This document shows, one piece after another, positions 61,566 to 64,000 of a stretch of 64,000 nucleotides of DNA (positions within the stretch are counted from its first letter, which is position 1; every line of letters starts with the position of its first letter). Both the position numbers and the translations under genes were made by a program. The DNA lies in contig OY762721.1 in the NCBI GenBank assembly GCA_963666345.1, positions 1,504,001 through 1,568,000 on the forward strand, given 5' to 3'. The DNA is from Desulfatiglandales bacterium (lineage in GTDB: Bacteria > Desulfobacterota > DSM-4660 > Desulfatiglandales > Desulfatiglandaceae). Below the pieces are notes generated by a model. That model was given only the letters and a program-made list of their open reading frames with translations, was not told where the DNA came from and did no database searches.

Positions 61566-62372
61566 TTAGAAAAGCCAGCTTGAGCCGAAAAAGTGCCTCA
61601 AGGCACCGATCCCGTTACTGTCAATTTTTGTAGACTCCGCGATACTGCCCAGTTCCTCCCAGATTATTTGATTCAGTTTATCTCTCGATAGATTAATAAA
61701 TTTACCGCTTTTTGACTTTGTGCCGTATGGCGTGACAAAATAGGCGGCAATGTTCTTTTTGGATACCCCCATGGTTTCGGCAAATCCCTGTAAATCTTCC
61801 CATTCCCTTACCGTTTGAGGCCTGCCGGTCTTATGAGATGTTTCAGAGCCTGATTTTACCTTCAGCTCTATATCAATTATCACGTTTTCATCTGAAAAGT
61901 CCCTTGTAGATATCCTTATGTCTATACGGGAATTATCACCACTCTGCTCCCGCCTGACTGAGATATCTTCTTCCTTTTTTCTCTCTACAATCAATGCTAT
62001 TTTTTCCTTTCCGGTTTCTTTCAACAGCCTGACAATAATAGATTTTCCAAATGGAGACTTCTTAGGGTTTAACATATCGGCCGTGATGTCGCTGATTGCA
62101 TCTTCCCCTAATTTCAATCTCAATTCCCGGAAAAGATCATACTGCACGGCCTTTAAAAAGAAAGGCTTTTTCTTATAGGCTTCAACCAGTCCCCTTGTCA
62201 GGGAAAAACGTTCTTCTTTTCTTTGAAATGACTTTTCAAACAGGCCTGAGTCCTTGTAATTTTCAATCAAGATTTTAATGGTTTCATATCCTGAGGCAGG
62301 AGAAAACCGGCGTGTATAATCTTTCATCAGATTTTTTACGGCGGTAAATTTGAGCGGATCAGATTTTTTCAT
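61566..62372 (-). CDS. PD-(D/E)XK nuclease-family protein
   Basis: VRRE....SRIDIRI...IIDIELKV...E....Q, YFVTP.G. Confidence 0.75.
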   Translation of the reverse strand: MKKSDPLKFTAVKNLMKDYTRRFSPASGYETIKILIENYKDSGLFEKSFQRKEERFSLTRGLVEAYKKKPFFLKAVQYDLFRELRLKLGEDAISDITADMLNPKKSPFGKSIIVRLLKETGKEKIALIVERKKEEDISVRREQSGDNSRIDIRISTRDFSDENVIIDIELKVKSGSETSHKTGRPQTVREWEDLQGFAETMGVSKKNIAAYFVTPYGTKSKSGKFINLSRDKLNQIIWEELGSIAESTKIDSNGIGALRHFFGSSWLF

Positions 62373-62484
62373 ATTCTTCCCGATTATTTTTATTATGATC
62401 CATTACCAGAAAAAGACTCAGAGATAAACCCCGCTCATATCTTGACACCAGGTTTTCCCGCCGCAAATTTCTGAAACACCCTTT

Positions 62485-62514
62485 AGGGGGACGCCCATGA
62501 TTTTACGTGTTTCT
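62485..62514 (-). repeat. Cassette-boundary repeat R10 (subtype B variant)
   Basis: AGGGGGACGCCCATGATTTTACGTGTTTCT. Confidence 0.93.
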
Positions 62515-62703
62515 TTGGATTGATAATGCCTGGAAATCTCTATTTGATAATAGATGTTCCTTGACTGAACGCCATTCATCTGCTTTTTCTATAACCGTCT
62601 CATGAACTGTTACTTTCGCCCTTTAAAATGAGGGACACGAAGGGCGACGACATTGCGTTAAAAAACTACTGTTCTAAAGTATTGAAAGGCCGGGGAATTT
62701 GAA

Positions 62704-63507
62704 ATGAGATTAAAATTCGATCCTTTTCAGATCTTTCAAAACAGCCTGACACCAGCGGGTCTCTATGCGAGGAAGAAGTGGCTGGATCAGGGCATAGGAA
62801 AAAACTGGCAGAGCGACTATAATAGAACGGTTTCAGAACTGCTTCACAGACAGGCTGACGATGGTTCCTGGGATCAATCTCCCCTCCTTACAATCAGAAG
62901 GCTCTTTGGTCTTCACCTTACGGTCCGGGAGCGAACCGCACCGATCGAAAAATCACTCCATTGGCTTTTGGAGTGCTGCATGGCTCAGTTTCCCGGAAAG
63001 CGCCTTGTTCTGGATGATCGGTTGACCTACCGGGTACTCCGTGACCTTCCCTTCAGCCCCGGATGTTCAGGTTATTTCTTATATGGTGCCGCTCTTTTCC
63101 TTTCGACTATCTTCGGCATGGAAAAGGACGAGCGGGTTCTGTTTATGTATCAGGCCCTCGCCGAATCGGGCATAAAATACAAGGGTCGCTGGTGCGGGTT
63201 ATCTAGCACAAACAATATCTTGAGGGCCTTTATCGTTCATCCGGAATTTGCTTCTCATAAAGCAACCAGGCTTGCTGTCGAGGCCCTTGCCTGCCGGCAG
63301 AAACCATCCGGTTCCTGGAAAAGGCCCGTTCCTTTTTACCAGACAGTCAACGCACTTGCCCATTTGAACCTGGAAAGCGCTGAAGCTCAAATCAAAGCGG
63401 CATTTAAAAGGGCTTATCGTTCACAGAATAAAGACGGGTCCTGGGGCACGGTCAACAAGGAGTGGAATACCTTTCTGGTTGTTCACGCATTAAAGAATTA
63501 CGGGTGA
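62704..63507 (+). CDS. Prenyltransferase/squalene-cyclase repeat (QW-motif) protein
   Basis: QADDGSW, QKPSGSW, QNKDGSW. Confidence 0.75.
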   Translation: MRLKFDPFQIFQNSLTPAGLYARKKWLDQGIGKNWQSDYNRTVSELLHRQADDGSWDQSPLLTIRRLFGLHLTVRERTAPIEKSLHWLLECCMAQFPGKRLVLDDRLTYRVLRDLPFSPGCSGYFLYGAALFLSTIFGMEKDERVLFMYQALAESGIKYKGRWCGLSSTNNILRAFIVHPEFASHKATRLAVEALACRQKPSGSWKRPVPFYQTVNALAHLNLESAEAQIKAAFKRAYRSQNKDGSWGTVNKEWNTFLVVHALKNYG

Positions 63508-63563
63508 AAGACAGGGCACCGGTTCTTCATCCCCGCCAGGTTATTCCCGAGCGTGAATAATTC

Positions 63564-63594
63564 AGGGGCACACGCCCATGAAATTATCAGCTTT
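63564..63594 (-). repeat. Cassette-boundary repeat R11 (degenerate subtype A)
   Basis: AGGGGCACACGCCCATGAAATTATCAGCTTT. Confidence 0.85.
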
Positions 63595-63856
63595 ATCACA
63601 CGACTCCCGCCAAAGCCCTGAAACGTAAAGCCGCTCAAACTCAGAGATGCGTGGAAAGTGGTTTACCCCTGACAAGCATCAAGTCATAAAACAAATTTGA
63701 ATACATATAATCTTAAACTTTTATCTTGTTTTTTTTGATAAGTAATGATAATTGACTAAAAGTGAGTAAATATTTAGTAAAAAGTGAGGTTATAAGGCGT
63801 CATAAGTGTGCTGCAGGCACACCTTTTTCAGGGGCCGCTTTTTTTGCGGGGCAACC

Positions 63857-64000
63857 ATGGATATCTATCTTGATGAAAGTCGCGACTTGGTATGGACTTT
63901 CGGCAGTCTTTACGGACACGGAGGTTCGAGCAGATATCTGACAATCTCCGCTCTGATCATACCGAAAGACCTTTCCAGGGATGGAAAAATACAGTTCAGT
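63857..64000 (+). CDS. DUF3800-family protein, 3'-truncated by window edge (possibly decayed)
   Basis: MDIYLDESRDLVWTF...GGSSRYLTISAL resembles DUF3800 YLDESGDLG start. Confidence 0.6.
   Translation, partial: MDIYLDESRDLVWTFGSLYGHGGSSRYLTISALIIPKDLSRDGKIQFS

Noticed and set aside
38750..63594. CRISPR array interpretation of the 31-bp repeats
   Set aside because: Intervals are 0.5-13 kb, irregular and gene-bearing; orientation flips; no cas genes.
38750..63594. Classical integron (attC/intI)
   Set aside because: No RYYYAAC...GTTRRRY-bounded palindromes at the repeats and no integrase in the window. GTCTAAC-GGTTAAT near 52825 is too short to be attC.
1..64000. tRNA or rRNA genes
   Set aside because: None recognised by eye; tRNAscan-SE and barrnap were not run.

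Overview
Bacterial window whose gene content (Tat molybdoenzyme, nifU/nifS, corrinoid methyltransferase, sigma54-like promoters) suggests an anaerobic deltaproteobacterium; that assignment is inference. Positions 1-38.7 kb hold ordinary metabolic and transport genes: sugar ABC permeases, hisF, a molybdopterin oxidoreductase with a 4Fe-4S subunit and TorD chaperone, nifU-nifS-cysE-cysK, an arylsulfotransferase, MoxR/DUF58, lipid-related genes, MATE, MttB-family and corrinoid genes, a solute symporter and an M20 amidohydrolase. From 38.75 kb to the end is an accessory region, AT-richer in its centre. It contains five toxin-antitoxin-like pairs, AlbA/Schlafen-type, MazG-DUF2075, Mrr, HNH, DUF262/DUF1524, PD-(D/E)XK and DUF3800 genes, and an intact IS21. 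The main unexplained structure is a ~31-bp repeat ending CATGGGCGTCCCCCT, present 11 times. Five copies are on + (38.8-43.0 kb) and six on - (56.2-63.6 kb), all facing a central defence block. They delimit 1-4-gene modules, and two genes are cut at or beside a repeat end. This resembles an integron-like cassette-accretion system built on a non-attC site. No cognate recombinase is visible in the window. All family calls come from motif recognition only; no database searches were run.
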